DNA of 64,000 bases from positions 6,574,001-6,638,000 of the forward strand of contig CM052817.1 in the NCBI GenBank assembly GCA_028534125.1. Direction: 5' to 3'. The position numbers were made by a program, and so were the translations under genes. Under the pieces are notes generated by a model, which did not search any database, was not told the origin of the DNA, and saw only the letters and a program-made list of their open reading frames with translations. How positions within the stretch are numbered: the stretch's first letter is position 1; each line of letters begins with the position of its first letter. Shown here piece after piece: positions 14,346-28,918 of this stretch. Origin of the DNA: Lama glama (taxonomy: Eukaryota).

Positions 14346-15847
14346 GAGGCAGACTGAATTTTAATAAACAGATAGGCATGGCTAAAAATGTCCTTTGAAA
14401 TTTAAAACACTTTCATGTCTCTTTTTCAAAGTTGCCATACCCCCGAGTCTGGGGCATGGGGGTTGAGAATTGAGCAGGTCATTGTACATTGAGAGAGGAG
14501 AGAAACTGAATTTAAAGGAGTGATATTGGTACAAGTGAAATAAATGACAGCTAATAGAAAAATAGTCATTTTATGTCCTGGGGAAATTGTTAGGTGCCTT
14601 CCCTACCAAAACAGGCAAATTTCCAAACTATTTAGTGAAAGGAAATGTTTCTTTCTAAATTAGCTTTCATTTGTATCTGTCATGTGTAGAGAAGAAAGAG
14701 GCAGTGAGGCCATTCAAATGCATCTTCTTCATTATTTGAATATTTCAGAAAAAACAAATAGAACTTTACGACCTAGAGAACTGTCTGAAAAGTTGTGTTT
14801 GTTTGTCAATGGCCTGGATTTATGTTTATAATTAGAGGCACAAGAAGATCTCACTGATTTTGGATGTGTTGACCTTGATGTTCATAATGAGCAGTGATAC
14901 CTGAAGGGTGTTGTTCTATTTCCAGCAGTCAGTTCTTTATTCACAGACCCTTTGGTGGGAGACACAGAAAGTGTATTAAAAGAACAATGAATTCACATGT
15001 GTTGAATGCCTACTATGTGCTTGGCTGTGCGCACAGCAGCCTTTAAGATGCACAATCCTTAAATAAAATCATATTCCTATTTAACATGGAAGCAAACTGA
15101 TCCTTAAAATAGTTAATCACATTTGTCCAGCATTACCCACAATTAATATCAAGATTTGAAACCTAGTTTTCTTACTAAGAAGCAGGTAAACAGATAAATA
15201 GAAGGGAAAGAAGTGCTTCACAGCTGAGTTGGGTACTTGGAGTGCAAATCAGAACTAGTACAGTGTTTAATTGTGTGGAAAATGTAAGATTGCTACTAAA
15301 GATAGAACTTCCAAATTAAAGGAAGTAGAAATGGAGTTGGCCATGCATTCTCTCCTGAATGCTGTGCACAGCTTCTAACACGCAGTGTTAAATGTCTCTG
15401 CAGCTTTCTTTTGTGTTTGACAAATTATCTAAGAGGTCCTGTAGGTCTGCCTACATAGAGGACAGAGTTTTCCCAGCTGATTCCAGTCCACAGTCTGTTC
15501 TAAGTGTTTCTCTTTCTCATACGGTTTGATGGGGCTATAATAAAATACAGCATAAGCAACACAGTGTATGTGCCTCCACTCTACTTACGCAACAGATGAT
15601 TTATGCAAAATCACTTAATCACCGTCACATACCATCAAAAGACTGGACCGAAAATAGGCAAATGCCTTAGGTCAAAATGGTTGAAATTACATAGGAGGAT
15701 CGAGGACTCAAAATAATAACTTACATTTGTATAATGGACTCTAAGGTCCATGAAAGCTCACACCTTTATTAATCTCCCTTTAAAATATGACCAAAAATCC
15801 ATTAAGTAGGTGTTCTGCCCATTTTATTGTCAAGGAACAACCAAGTA

Positions 15848-16420
15848 TGGCAGCTCGTCTCCAAAGAGGTCCCCCAGGGAACCACACCTCCTATTATTCA
15901 CCTCCTGTGGAGTCCTGCCCACTGAATCTGGGCTGGCCCTAGTGAAACAGTACCCTGTGGGGGTAGTTTCACCACGTAACACTTGCAACTTTGGCTTCAC
16001 TCTCTTGAAACACTCACTCTGGGGAAAGTCGGCTATCATAAAAGAAGTTCCACCAATGACCGGAAGTCTGCCAAATTGTAAGGAAGCCCAAGTTGGCCAC
16101 ATGGAGAGACAGAGAGAGAGAGAGAGGGAGAGAGAGAGAAAGAGAGAAAGAGAGGATGATGTCCAGCCAGCCCCCAAGAATTGCAGTCATTCCAACTGAG
16201 GCATCAAATATGTAATTAAAGAAGCCATCTTGGATTCCCCGTCAAGCCCAGCCTTCAAGTAACTTCAGTCCTAACCACCATCTGACTGCAACTGGGTGAG
16301 CGCTCAAGAAAGAACTCACCTGTTCCCAACCCACCCATGGAACTATAAGGGATAATACCTTGCTGCATTAGGCCACTAAATTTTGGGGTAGTTTGTTACA
16401 CAGCTGTGAGTAACTGGAGT
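15848..16420 (+). mobile_element. MaLR LTR (MLT1H-like) with internal (AG)n
   Basis: ACTGAATCTGGGCTGGCCCTAGTGA...GAAGCCATCTTGGA...CATCTGACTGCAAC...CCACTAAATTTTGGGGTAGTTTGTTACACAGC. (AG)n at about 16105-16153. Confidence 0.8.
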
Positions 16421-17062
16421 ATCAGGTCTACCTAGCTTTTATTGTTTTTCCCATTGCACCAAAACATTGCTAAATGAGGACTATAGCTTTAATCAGCCAC
16501 TAACAACTGGATATCTGCTACCTGCAAAACCCTGTGTGAGGCACTGGCTTTACCTGGGGACGGCGGGGAGTTAGACAAGTGATTAGACATCATACATACA
16601 GTGTTGAAGGTGTTAGGAAGTAGCTCTGAGTTCTCACTTGCATTAGGCTGTAGCTGACTACATGAGCACTGACAGTGATTTAGCTCCTCCAGGGCGCGCA
16701 AACTTTTTTATCATAAAACAAGAAAATTAGCTTAAATGACTTCTAAGACCCCTTTCAATTCTATCAGTGGATAGGTATCAGCTGATATTTATCTTGAGGC
16801 TGTTGAGTGGGTTTCAAAAAAGATTAATTTATTTTTAAGACACATACATACACACACATTCATGTGTTGGAAAAATCTGGAACAATACAAACCAAAATGT
16901 TGACAGTGATTATTTCTGAAAAATCTTCCGTGAAGGATCTAGTTTTCCTACAGTGGACATGTATTCCTTGGGCAGCAAAAAGTCATGCATTTTGTTTGTT
17001 TTTAAGAGAGAGTAAAGTGAGTTTAAGCTGAGAAAAATGGCTAGAAAGTAGATTTAAGTCTT

Positions 17063-17585
17063 TGTGTTAGTTTCTTATTACATAACAAGTTACTACAAAC
17101 CTAGCAGCTTAAATCAACATACATCTCAGTTTCCACGAGGCAGGAGTCAAGATCTCAGCCAGAAGCATTCTCATCTGGAGCTTGGGGCCCTCTTCCAAGC
17201 TCACAGGTTGTTGGAAAATCTGAGTTCTTTGCTACTGGAGGAATTCCACCTTTGTTTTCTTGCTCATTGTTGGCTGGGGACACTTTGAGTATTGCTGGCC
17301 ACTACAGTCCCTTGCTATGTTCCCCCACTCCTAAGCCTCTCACATGGCAGGTGATTTCTTCAAAACCAGTAGGAGAATTTGTCTCTCCAGCTGCTAAGTT
17401 GGAGTCTTAGATAATGTAACAGAGTCACATCCCAACAACCTTGCGATATAATGTAACCTGTTCTGCAGAGTAAATATCCCATCTTATTTACAAGTCCTGC
17501 CCACATTCAAGAGGAGAAAATTACATAGAATGTGTGCACCGGGGCTGGGAATCTTGGAAGGGGACATTCTCGACTTCTGACTACT
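17063..17585 (-). mobile_element. MaLR LTR (MLT1E-like)
   Basis: TGTGTTAGTTTCTTATTACATAACAAGTTACTACAAACCTAGCAGCTTAAA...CTCTTCCAAGCTCAC...GTCCTGCCCACATTCAAGAGGAG. Confidence 0.8.
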
Positions 17586-17749
17586 ATGTCTTTTTTGCTG
17601 ATATTTATCATAAATTCCTAATATCTATTTTTTTCCTTCTTGGTGCTCTACACTCTTCATGGGCAGGTATGTTGGGGAAAGGATTCTCTGTTGTACAGAA
17701 AGGCAGGGAAGCCTGGAGGTGAGATATGTTAGCCATGAAGACAGGCAAC

Positions 17750-17915
17750 CCAGGGAACAAGTCTGGCTCTGCTATTTACTAGCCATGTGACTGGGAAAAT
17801 TACTTAATATCTCTGTACCTTGGATCCCCCATCCATCCATAAAATGAGGTTAATAGTAGTACCTGTCTCAGAGGTTGATGTGAAGATTAAATGAGATAAT
17901 TACACACCCAGCTTT
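17750..17915 (+). mobile_element. MIR SINE
   Basis: GGCTCTGCTATTTACTAGCCATGTGAC...TACTTAATATCTCTGTACCT...GTGAAGATTAAATGAGATAAT. Confidence 0.75.
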
Positions 17916-19137
17916 TAGTTAGTATTCAGCCATTATCTCATTACCCTCTGTAGGGGATGTCACTGGTCATAAGAACTGAATTACTTTTCCATATTAGAAG
18001 AGGTTTTATACAAACACGATCTCTTATATTTGTGCATTGGCCACTAACCATGCAATGCCCACAGAATCTCTGTGAAGAAGACATCATTCATCCTGTTTTG
18101 CAGAAAAGTACCAGAAGTTCAGAAGTTAGAGAAATTGCCCAAGGTCACATAGCTGTGAAAAATCTCCCTGCTCTTCAGAATCGACGGGCAGTATTCTTTG
18201 CAGTATGCCGACATGAGAAAGTGGTCTGAGACTTGTTCTTCATGACACCATGTGGTAGAACTCATATCCACTGGAGGAAGCTAGGGGAATAGAGATTTAG
18301 TTACAGGAAGTGTGAATGTCAGTGGCCAATTTGAAGATGTAATGGGTTTCCCTGGAGAGTACTGGATTCTCCCCTAGTGCAGTTTCAGGAAGCAGCGGTA
18401 TAGTGTGGCACAGTGGAAAGGGCTTGGGCATTAGGATGATTCACTTAGTTAATAAATATTTGTAATTCCTGTCTCAAGCACTGTTCTATTTGCTGAGGAT
18501 ATGACGGTAAGAAAAACCAATGAGCTTGGATTAATTATTTCCTCCCAGCTTTTGTACGGATTAACTAAGACAGTATACTGTGAAGTGCTGTCCGTGCCTG
18601 GCCCAGAAGAGGTGTTCCCAGGAGGTCAGTCAGATCACGAGGCTGGGATGTGGTACGGGGTTTTCACTTCAGACTGACAGCCAGGCTAGAATTACAATTC
18701 AATCCACAAAACAAGAACTTCCTGTCTACCGTGTGCTAGGCACTGTCCCAGGTGCCAGGGTGTTGCGGTCAAGAGGAGGAGACATTCGTGCACTAGCTCT
18801 AAGTGAAATACTTATCAAGCAATAGACAGGCAACATCCTGTAGCACAAGTAAGATGGAGTGATGCCCTCATTTGTGGGAACCAGGATGCTCTCCTGAAGG
18901 TGGAGTTTGACGTTGATGCATTGACACTACATCGATAGTCAGATAAGCCAAGGACGAGACTACTCCTTGGTAACAATAGTGTCTCTTCTTGTATTTAGCA
19001 CTTGTATGTGTCAGAGAATAAAATGGAATCATTCCCTATGGTCTGTTATTTAACTGGAAAAATTACTGTAACTCTGTGAGCTGGTCATTATTATTCATGT
19101 GAAATACAAACAGAGTAAGACATTTAGGCAAGTTTAC

Positions 19138-19630
19138 TGTCTTAGATTGGATGCCCTAGAAGCAAAGCCTGAGTTGGGGATTCCTGTATTCTGGGGCAAG
19201 TCATTCACTAAGAGTGGGATTACAGAAGTCATGAATAGGGCCAAGTGGAACATGGTATAAAATGGAAGAAATTAAGCAGAAGTGTAATTTCAGGAGAAGT
19301 CTAGCCTCAACCCGATCCAAGGAGGAGTTCTGGAGCGTGAGCTGTACCATCGAGGCTGTCCTGCCCGGAGACCAGGGGGCCGGGCTGCTACCCGGCAGCT
19401 TGACTTCTTGCCCCACATCGGTCCGTCTTTAGTCACAGGCAACCCCTAGGGAAGCAGGAAAGCGGGGCGGACATAACTTCAGAGGTACCTCCAGCTACGG
19501 TGGCTCCTGACAGCTAAGAGAAATGCTCCAGGAAACAGTACAGAGTGAGCAATCAGCAGCCAGCTCCTCTGGTGGCGGGGATGGGAGCACTTCCCTGGTA
19601 CACAGAACCTGGATGGGGCACCAGCAGCCA
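19138..19630 (-). mobile_element. ERVL LTR16-like solo LTR
   Basis: TGTCTTAGATTGGATGCCCTAGAAGCAAAGCCTGAG...GGAGTTCTGGAGCGTGAGCTGTACCA...GATGGGGCACCAGCAGC. Confidence 0.6.
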
Positions 19631-22600
19631 GGGCTCCAGTCCCAAAACTGGGAAGTGGATGAGGAGACCAAGGCCATGGGTGCCTCTGACTGTTTCAAAA
19701 CCAGTCTGGGTCTATTTCTCAAAGTCCTAAATGCTCTTAACCACCAAGCCCCATACCCACAGAGTTTAGTTTTACTTTATCTCATTGAATTCTCCCCAAA
19801 AAAGAGTTAAGTCAGTGACAGCCCATTTATACCAAGAAGGGAACAGGTTGTGAGAATTGGAACCTAAGACCACATGGTCAATAATTGGTAGAGTTGGGAT
19901 TTGTACCTGTCTTCTGGTTCTGGTTTTTTTTTTTTTTCCTCTCTGGTTACCTAACTGGGAAAACTGGGGAAAATGGAGTGAAGATCTTGGTATCAGGGTG
20001 ACCTGAAGGACCGAGGCCATGTCTTACATGAAAATACTGCAGTCAAGCATCTCAGTCAGAAGAGTCTGTAGCTTTGGTCCTCACCCCTTGTCTGCCATTT
20101 GGAGAGCTCCTTTGTTCTGCTCTGATCTTTGGCTTAAGCTCAGACTTCCTAAATGAACGTCTGCCAGGAAGGAATGGGCTTTATCATGTGCCCTTTGTAT
20201 CAAATCCCAGCCCCTCTTTGCTTGAAGACGATCTGATACACCTCTCTGTGCATCCTGGCATTCTACAAGCCCATCACTTTCCCAGGAGCTGCCTGACACA
20301 CACCTGCGCTTTGTTTCATCCTCCCCTGCTCCACAATTGCATAGACTGAAAAATAGCGGAGCGTGGACATTGGACACTAAATTCTGGTTGTAGCAGTCAA
20401 CGGCTCTGGCATCGTGGGCAAGCCCTTTAGTCTCTGACTTTGAGTTTCCTCTTCTGTAAAATTAGTGCTATGCCATTTCCTATGTCCCAGAATTGTCACG
20501 TAGATTAGAAGCGACATATTTAAAATCCCAAGCACGTCGCGGGTATGCGATAAGTGGTAGTTATTTTTATATGACAGATACATCTGCACAGGAGACAGAG
20601 ACACAGCGGTGCCTGCTAAGTAAGCTTCCACCACTTGGAAAAGTGGATGTCACGGCCACAGTGTCTGACTCAGAGTGAGTTTTCAGTGTGTTTAACCCAT
20701 CTCCATGCCCTGTAGACAAGTCTCTTGCCTGCTTCTTCCTGCCGCCCTCCGCCTCCCCATCACCCAGGGATGATGGATGTCTTGATTCCTCAAGCTGCCC
20801 TGGTCCAGAGTGCCCTGCTCTGGTTACATCCACTGCCTCCTGTGCCCCAGCTCCCGGGCAATTCCTCCAAGAAGCCCTCCTGTGGAGAGAACAGGGTCGT
20901 GTGGCCCACAGGTTAAGTGATTCGGGTCACAGCTCTTCCCCAAGACCTTTGGGAAGATGCCTCATCTCTTGTGCCTCCTGAGCAATGGTATGGCAGAAGG
21001 TGCCTGTCATCTCTCACCTTGATTGTCGACAATGCATGATGACCCCTCCCCCTTTCTTCTAAAACAGTGAGGGGAGGTGCAGTTCTCATGCCCCAGTTTC
21101 CTCTTCTCTGTAAGGGGGCCAGATGATTTCTCTCAGGGATGTTCTTGTATTAAATGAGAAAGTACCAAACACACAGCACTGGCCAGCTGCACACAGGTGG
21201 AGCTAAAGGCCATTTCCTCTGCTTTTCAAGCCCTTCCTTTTTTTTTTTTTTAAAATTTAAACACAGAACAGCCTCCCTATTCCTTCCATATTCTATTGTT
21301 GTTGTTTTAAATTTAAACACAGACTAGCTAATGGCTATTTGTTCCTGCAGTAACATTCTCTTTCACACTCTTGAGGGCTTAATACCATGCTAAGCACATA
21401 GTAGGGTCTCAAAAGAAAAATACAATTTTAGTGAATACTGGAACTCTTGGCAGCGACCTCTGATCCCAACCCTGTAAGCAGCAGGCACCCCGAGGGTTGG
21501 TCCCTTCTGCCCTCATCTCTCTCCCGCTGAGCACAGTCTCCCGGGGGAGAGAGAGCAAGGCACTGGTGCTCAGAGACACATCACCATTTTTGCTAAAGTA
21601 GCAAATTTTCAAGCTGTGAGCTGATAACCAAGTAGCATTAACAGGATTTCAGCACTATCTGATCCCCGGAGGAAGGGAGGGGGCTGTCCTGACTCATAAG
21701 CATCCAGTGAGGTGAAGACTCCACATGCATAGCTGAGGCTCTGCTCAGCTGCTCCCAGCTTCCTCTCTGGAAGGTCATCACCCAAAGGCCCCCAGGCAGC
21801 CCCTGAGCCTGGGCCAGTCAGGGCGGCAACCTCACTACTTCCCATCAACATCATTCTCTCATTGTAAATAGACTTAGTGTCAGGCATGTTTGGAGAGGGA
21901 TCAGGTGCCCATCTGGCTCCGGAGCCATTGTCTCTGGGCGTCCGTGAAGGCGGGCCCTGGTCTACTGCAGGATCTCCCGGCACCTGACAGTGCCTGGGGG
22001 AGACCTCAGTGCTCTGTCTGGAGCAATGGCTTCACACTGCTTGTACCTTCCAAATGGCTGGCTCAGGTGGTACCCTAAGTAGATGAACAGAAATAGCCAC
22101 TGGGACCCCTCTGCCCCCTTGCCCATGGTGGACCTCCATGAACACATTTTCAGTCAAGACCCACACCCCCAAACCAACAATGACTGAATGTATACTTACC
22201 GATATTTAAAGTGGATCGTTCCCTGTTATCAGCTGGGTCAGCTGCAGCAGCTCGATCATGTCTCCAGTGCTTGGTCCTCCCCTTTTCCATCCCTACCCAC
22301 CACCTCTTGCCCCGACAAGGTGGGCTTCAAGCCCTCCATCCTGTTAGGTACAGGCATTCATAAGTGCTTTGCAAAGAGCATCTTCTTAGGAATCAGAAAA
22401 TTCATATCAGGGTCTCCACTCAGTCTCCAAATTCCTGGGCATCTGTAATAACTCGATTTCCCCTTTTGGGGCCTCCCATTTTTTTATTCTTAAGTGGGGG
22501 TGATAAAAACAAGAGCCAATGATGTGTAACAGGGGGGATGTGCTTTGCAGGCTGCGAAATACCCTGCTGGACGCCTGCTTTATTTCTGCCACACCCTCGG

Positions 22601-23399
22601 GGAAGTTGGGTGTTTATTGACAACCTCAAAGAGGGTTGAAGAAGGCATTCTCTCTGCTGTCTGGGCAAGGCCAGGCACGGGTCAGGCTAAGGTCAAGCCT
22701 GCTGCAGCTGCTGGAATCCAACCAAGGGGACTCACCTCCCACAGAGCACTTCTGAGAAACCCTAAGCCTCACCCTTGCTCCTTTTGAGTTTAGAAAGAGT
22801 CAGGTAGAAAAAACAGAAAATACAAAAGACCTGTGCTTTGGCTCCAAGTGAGCTCTGAGCCCTGGCTCACAGTGGATGCGAACTTGGGCAAATTCCTTAC
22901 CCTCTTTGTGCCTATTTCTTCCTCTTTGAACTTGCCAAGATAACCCCTACTTCCTGGAGTGGCTTGGGGAAATTTCAATGAGTCCTCATATATGAGGCCC
23001 ATTTCACTCCTCTGCCTTAAGTGTAAACTATGTCAGGAAAGGGTTTATTTTGCTTGCCTATATTTTTGGTTTTACTGTCATGAATATATTTTGCATTCAC
23101 AATAAGAAGAACTCCCAGTTTATTTAATTCTGTAAAAGGCTGGCAGAATGGAGAATGCATGAAAAAACGGAGGCTCCGAGGGGCTTCTGTGACCACTTCC
23201 AACAACCTAGTTGCTCGAGGCAGAAGTGAAACTGAAACCAGGCCTCTCCCCTCGCCTCTTGGAGCAGGTGCGAGGCATTGCGTGTCCTCTACACCCTGCT
23301 TTGCATTTTTCTCTTTTCCATTTTAACCCTTGGGAGTTTAAACGTCTTTTCACCTTCAGGACTCCAAATTCGGAGTTGATTTTTAAACATATCCAAGCT

Positions 23400-24360
23400 T
23401 ATGTCTCAAAGCGTATGGAATATATGGCTATACCTGCATATTAATCTTTCAGGGGTTAGATTAATAGACTCTCAACTCAAGCAAATGGTTACCCCTTTAG
23501 TCAGCTTTTCAAAGAATCTACAAGATGGGGACACACATAGAGTTTACAATTCCTCTTTTCTATTCTCTGTGGCTTTCCAGAGACCCACTGCCAGCTGGCA
23601 GCCCGGAGACCATTCTGAAGGCTGGTAACCACTGTTGGGAGTTTCACCGATGGCTGCAATCAGATGTAAGTGTAAGCCTTCTTTGAGGCAAGTCTTTTGT
23701 TAGTTATTAACACTTTCCCAGCCTTAATTGCTTTGTCCACTTTGAGTTTACACGGTATTAAAATCCACACTCAGGTACCTGCTGAAGTTGGGAATGGGTG
23801 AAACTGGCATCTCCCAAGAATAAGAGGGGACCTCAGGGAAGATAAATCTCACAATGCTTGCAAAATAAATCTGATGACCACAGCGAGGGATTAAAAATTT
23901 AAAAGGCAATGAAGAAAGGAGAGGAGAAAATTACACAATAGCTGTGAAAAACATTTTTTTTTTGAGTAACAAAGGAATATAGATTGTTCTATAGATTGCT
24001 CCATAAGTGAACACAGACAAGCTATTTTGAGTTGGGGGCAAGTTAATTACCATCAAAAAAAAGGGAGCATCTCCAGATTTTTTTTTTTTAGCAGTGAAAT
24101 ATTTTAGTTCCTTCATATAGAGACATATTACACAATGTTAACATCCATGAAAAACAATACAAAATGCCCTCGATTTAACAAGTAGAAAAATATAACTAGT
24201 ATATATGGCAGTTGTGAATCTAATACTGTACAGAAGTAATTTATGGATTTTACAAATAAATTATAGCTTAAACGCCCTTTTAAAATTCTTTGTTTCCCCC
24301 CTCCCCAGATGTACATCAGAACTTACAACAGGAAATTTTCCGAGCCTAGCTTATTGCAAA
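23400..24360 (-). other. HS3ST1: Proximal 3' UTR of HS3ST1 (end uncertain)
   Basis: AT-rich, repeat-free sequence after the TGA. Variant signal ACTAAA at 24108-24103; canonical AATAAA candidates further on, e.g. 23050-23045. Confidence 0.6.
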
Positions 24361-25406
<1,046 letters not shown>

Positions 25407-25532
25407 CTAGGAAACAAAGGGGAAATTATTAACCCCAAATAAACGCTCGGCTTAGTCAAGCTGCCCACTCTGCTGTCTTGGGCATGGTTGTTCACCACCT
25501 TGGGGTGTTCTCAGTGTCTCTGTCCTGTGAAG

Positions 25533-25843
25533 CAGGAGTGGCAGTTTCTGTAGAAGGCAAGATAATAAATGTTTTAGGCTTCTGGGGACATGCAGTATCT
25601 ATGGCAACTCCAACTATGCTGTTTGGCTCTAAAGCACCCAGAGAAAATGCACAGAGGAATGGCTGTGGTTGTGTCCCAGTAAAACTTTATCGATGGACAC
25701 TGACATTTGAACGTCATATAATTTCCACGGGTCATTAACTATTACTCTTCTTTCGATTCTTTTTCAAACATTTACATGTGCAGTGCTCTGTGGGCACAAA
25801 AGCAAGGCCAGGTTTGGCCTGCAGTCACAGTTTGCCAACCCGG
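25533..25843 (+). mobile_element. MER58B-like hAT-Charlie element
   Basis: TTTCTGTAGAAGGCAAGATAATAAATGTTTTAGGCTT...GGCTGTGGTTGTGTCCCAGTAAAACTTTAT...CACAGTTTGCCAACCC. Confidence 0.8.
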
Positions 25844-27489
25844 GCGATAAAGGATACAGTTGAGCAGGTCTTTTGGACCTCAGCCAACATCCGTGAAATA
25901 ACTACTAGCTGCCAGCCCCCGGCAGAGGGGCCAGTGATGAGGGTACCAGAAAGAACAAAAACACCTCCATGCATGTGAAGTTTTACTGTTTATAAAGTGG
26001 TCTTGCAGTCGGCTTGGTGGATCGTCAGCATAACAAGGATGGGTAAGCGAGGAAGGCAGGACAGTTTTGGACGAGAGTCTTCCCCAAGGACACAAAAATT
26101 TAGTCCATTTCAAAATTCAAGGCCCACATTTAATACTCTACATGCAGGGCTCTTCCCATGAACTGCCTCCTTCGTTCCTTCTCCTCTTTACCCGTCTGAG
26201 ATTCATCACACTTAGGCATGAAAGTCCCCCGTGGATGCAGGCCCTTCTGGGCTAGTTGGCATGGAGTCCCCAAAGGCAAACGAGCCATGGTTGATGTTTT
26301 TAGGGGGCTGATAAGCAGCACTCTGTGTTTGACCCTCTCCCGGAAAGAGGAGATTGGAAAGTCTCTTTTAAGTAATCTCTGTCTAAACACCGTTCAGGAA
26401 GAGCTGGAGACGGGCCCAGTTTGGGGACTGTGGGATTTGCAGAGCCAGACAAATGTTCTCTATCAAGAGGGCCCATCATCTTCTTTATGCCAAGTTTAAA
26501 ATACCCTTTTTAGTTTAAAACGTGTCTAAAATATACAAACGAAGAACAACACTCAGGGCTTCCGTGTTTATGATCAGACCACTTGCTCCACCTCCCTCAG
26601 ATCTAACTGTATGAGCTGGTTGGAAAGATGTACATAAACGACCAAGCAATGGAAAAGCTGGAAACCTTCAGAACATCACCGAACACTGGAAATGGAACTT
26701 GCAAAATCACCTGACATGTTATTCAGGGAAAAAACGAAAAAAAAAAGTTTAAAGAGGGCTGGCCAAACAAGATAGGTTCAAGGTTGGTCATACTGACTGG
26801 ATGAGCTCAATTTAAGGGACCATTTGCTTTAGTCAACTGAACGTTTTAGTGCGTCTCAGTGAAATTCCATTTCCTTTTCAACAGCCCATGTGGGTCGACC
26901 CGATAGACCAACTGTGCTTGCCTTTACATGTCTGGGGTATGCGTGGGTGCATGTGCACTCGGGGGCTTGTGTCTGTGCATCGAATGCACACGTATGCCGG
27001 TGTGCGTGTGCAGGTGTGGCCTGCGCAGGGGGCGGGGTGGAGGGAGCGAGGGTAGCTTCTCCACGCTGGACAGCTGTACTCTTAGTGGTGGGCAGTGTTA
27101 TCCCCACATCACAGCTCTGTGTCCAGACTCAGGAAGCAACCCAATCATGCAATGCCTGAGGGACAGAGTTGGAGCCCAGATCTGAACTTGATATTGTCTG
27201 ACCATTCCTGCTCTCTCTACTCTTTTATGAGGCATCGTGGTGAGTCCAGTGCACATCTGAGCCCTTCTTCCTAAAGGAGAATTACCAGCAGACAGTGGGG
27301 AGAAGAAACTAAATACAGTTTGTTCTTTACAAAAGCAAAACAAAAAACAAACAAAAAAGCCTGTGTAGTTAGTACCTTAAAAGCTCCTCATTTACGTATA
27401 GTTTCTGAAAGTGTATATTTACTTGTTCTAATACTTCTACATTACACTTAAAAAATATTTGAGGTATATGGAAAAAAATTTAGTTGAAG

Positions 27490-27625
27490 CTGTATATGTA
27501 TATGTGTCTTATGTATGAAAAATTTAGCTAAGTTTGATGTATATATATACATATATATTATGTATATACACACACATATATTTGTACATCTAAATATATA
27601 TATATAAAATGTATCACACACACAT
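27490..27625. repeat. Degenerate (TA)n/(CA)n microsatellite region
   Basis: TATATATATACATATATATTATGTATATACACACACATATA...TATATATATATA. Confidence 0.8.
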
Positions 27626-28286
27626 AGTGGCCACTGAGAACCAAGTGCCTCCTGCTGTAGGGTGACAGTGTGTGTCTCAGTGGCACAGTCAGAATTTCTG
27701 TGCCTTTAAGTAACACTCTCAGAAAAGGAAAGATGTCCAAGCTCAGGTGAATCTGTAAGCCAGGACATCTGGGCCACGCTGATCTTGACAATGGAGTGGT
27801 GAGCATCAGAGCAGAAGGGTGCTATTAAGTCCCTGCTTTTCATCTATGGGTAAGGAGGCCCTGAGGTGACGGGCCCAAGGTCACATGGAAAATTGGCGCC
27901 TAGAGGGTGTGACTCCTGCATCCCAGTTTGGTACTCTCTCTGCGAGTACTGCCATCTCCTTGGCACGTGATCTTAGCATAAAATCATGGTAACGTTTTAG
28001 GGGTCCTGAAGAAGAATTCCCCCCAAAATCCCAGCAGTGGCAAGCCCCAGCCACCAACTCCAGAATCAGTGGATACACAAGGCACACGCATACAGAACGG
28101 AGTCAAAATCCTTCATTTGTTCTGCTCAGGAGGAGGGTCTAAAGGAATTACACAGGGATCCTGACTCTAGTTTTGACTTTCATCGAAGTGACTTAACCTC
28201 TCTTAGCCTCAGTTTCTCATCTGTGACGTGGTAGTGATTCCACCTGCCTCAACTGGTTACTTTAGGACTTAAATGAGATGAGTTAC

Positions 28287-28918
28287 CAGTGCTGTCCAAC
28301 AGAAAAGCAACGGGAATCACATATGCGCTTTTTTCGTTTATTACACAAATATTTATTGAATGCATGCTACATCCCTAGCATTTTGGCTAAGCGAGGAGAT
28401 GAATTCCCCAGTACCTGCTCCCCTCCATCATGCCAACCACAGCACCTTCCCCATCAGAGTCACTGCAGCAGATGAGTTGTGTAAATAAAAGTATAGCACA
28501 CAGCTTTACCACATTCTCAGAAAAACTCAGATCTCCACAGGCGACCGAGAGATGCTCAGGAAGGTATCAGCAGCCCGTCTCAAAGGTGATAGTAACTGCT
28601 ATTTATGTCCCTGACACTTAGTCATAGCTCATCCTATGACAGGTCATATCTTATTATTGCTTTTATTAGAGATGTTAAAATGACCCACCTATGTACTGGT
28701 ACATTTTCCAGGAGCCCCATTAGAAAGAAATATTTGACTTACGTAACCCAGTGTATCCAAAATGTCATCACTCCGACACACCATCACTATACATAATCAA
28801 GGGGATATTTTTCATTTCTTTGTGTTTTACTTCTTCAAACTCCAGGGTGTATATATTTACTTTTACAGCACATCTCAAGGCCACAGGTGGCTGTTGGCAA
28901 CTGAGGTGAACAGAGCAC
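28287..28918 (+). mobile_element. MER33-like hAT element split into two pieces (28287-28325 and ~28690-28918)
   Basis: 5' end CAGTGCTGTCCAACAGAAA...CACATATG. 3' part TAACCCAGTGTATCCAAAATG...TTACAGCACATCTCAA...GCCACAGGTGGCTGTTGGC...ACAGAGCAC. Confidence 0.6.
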
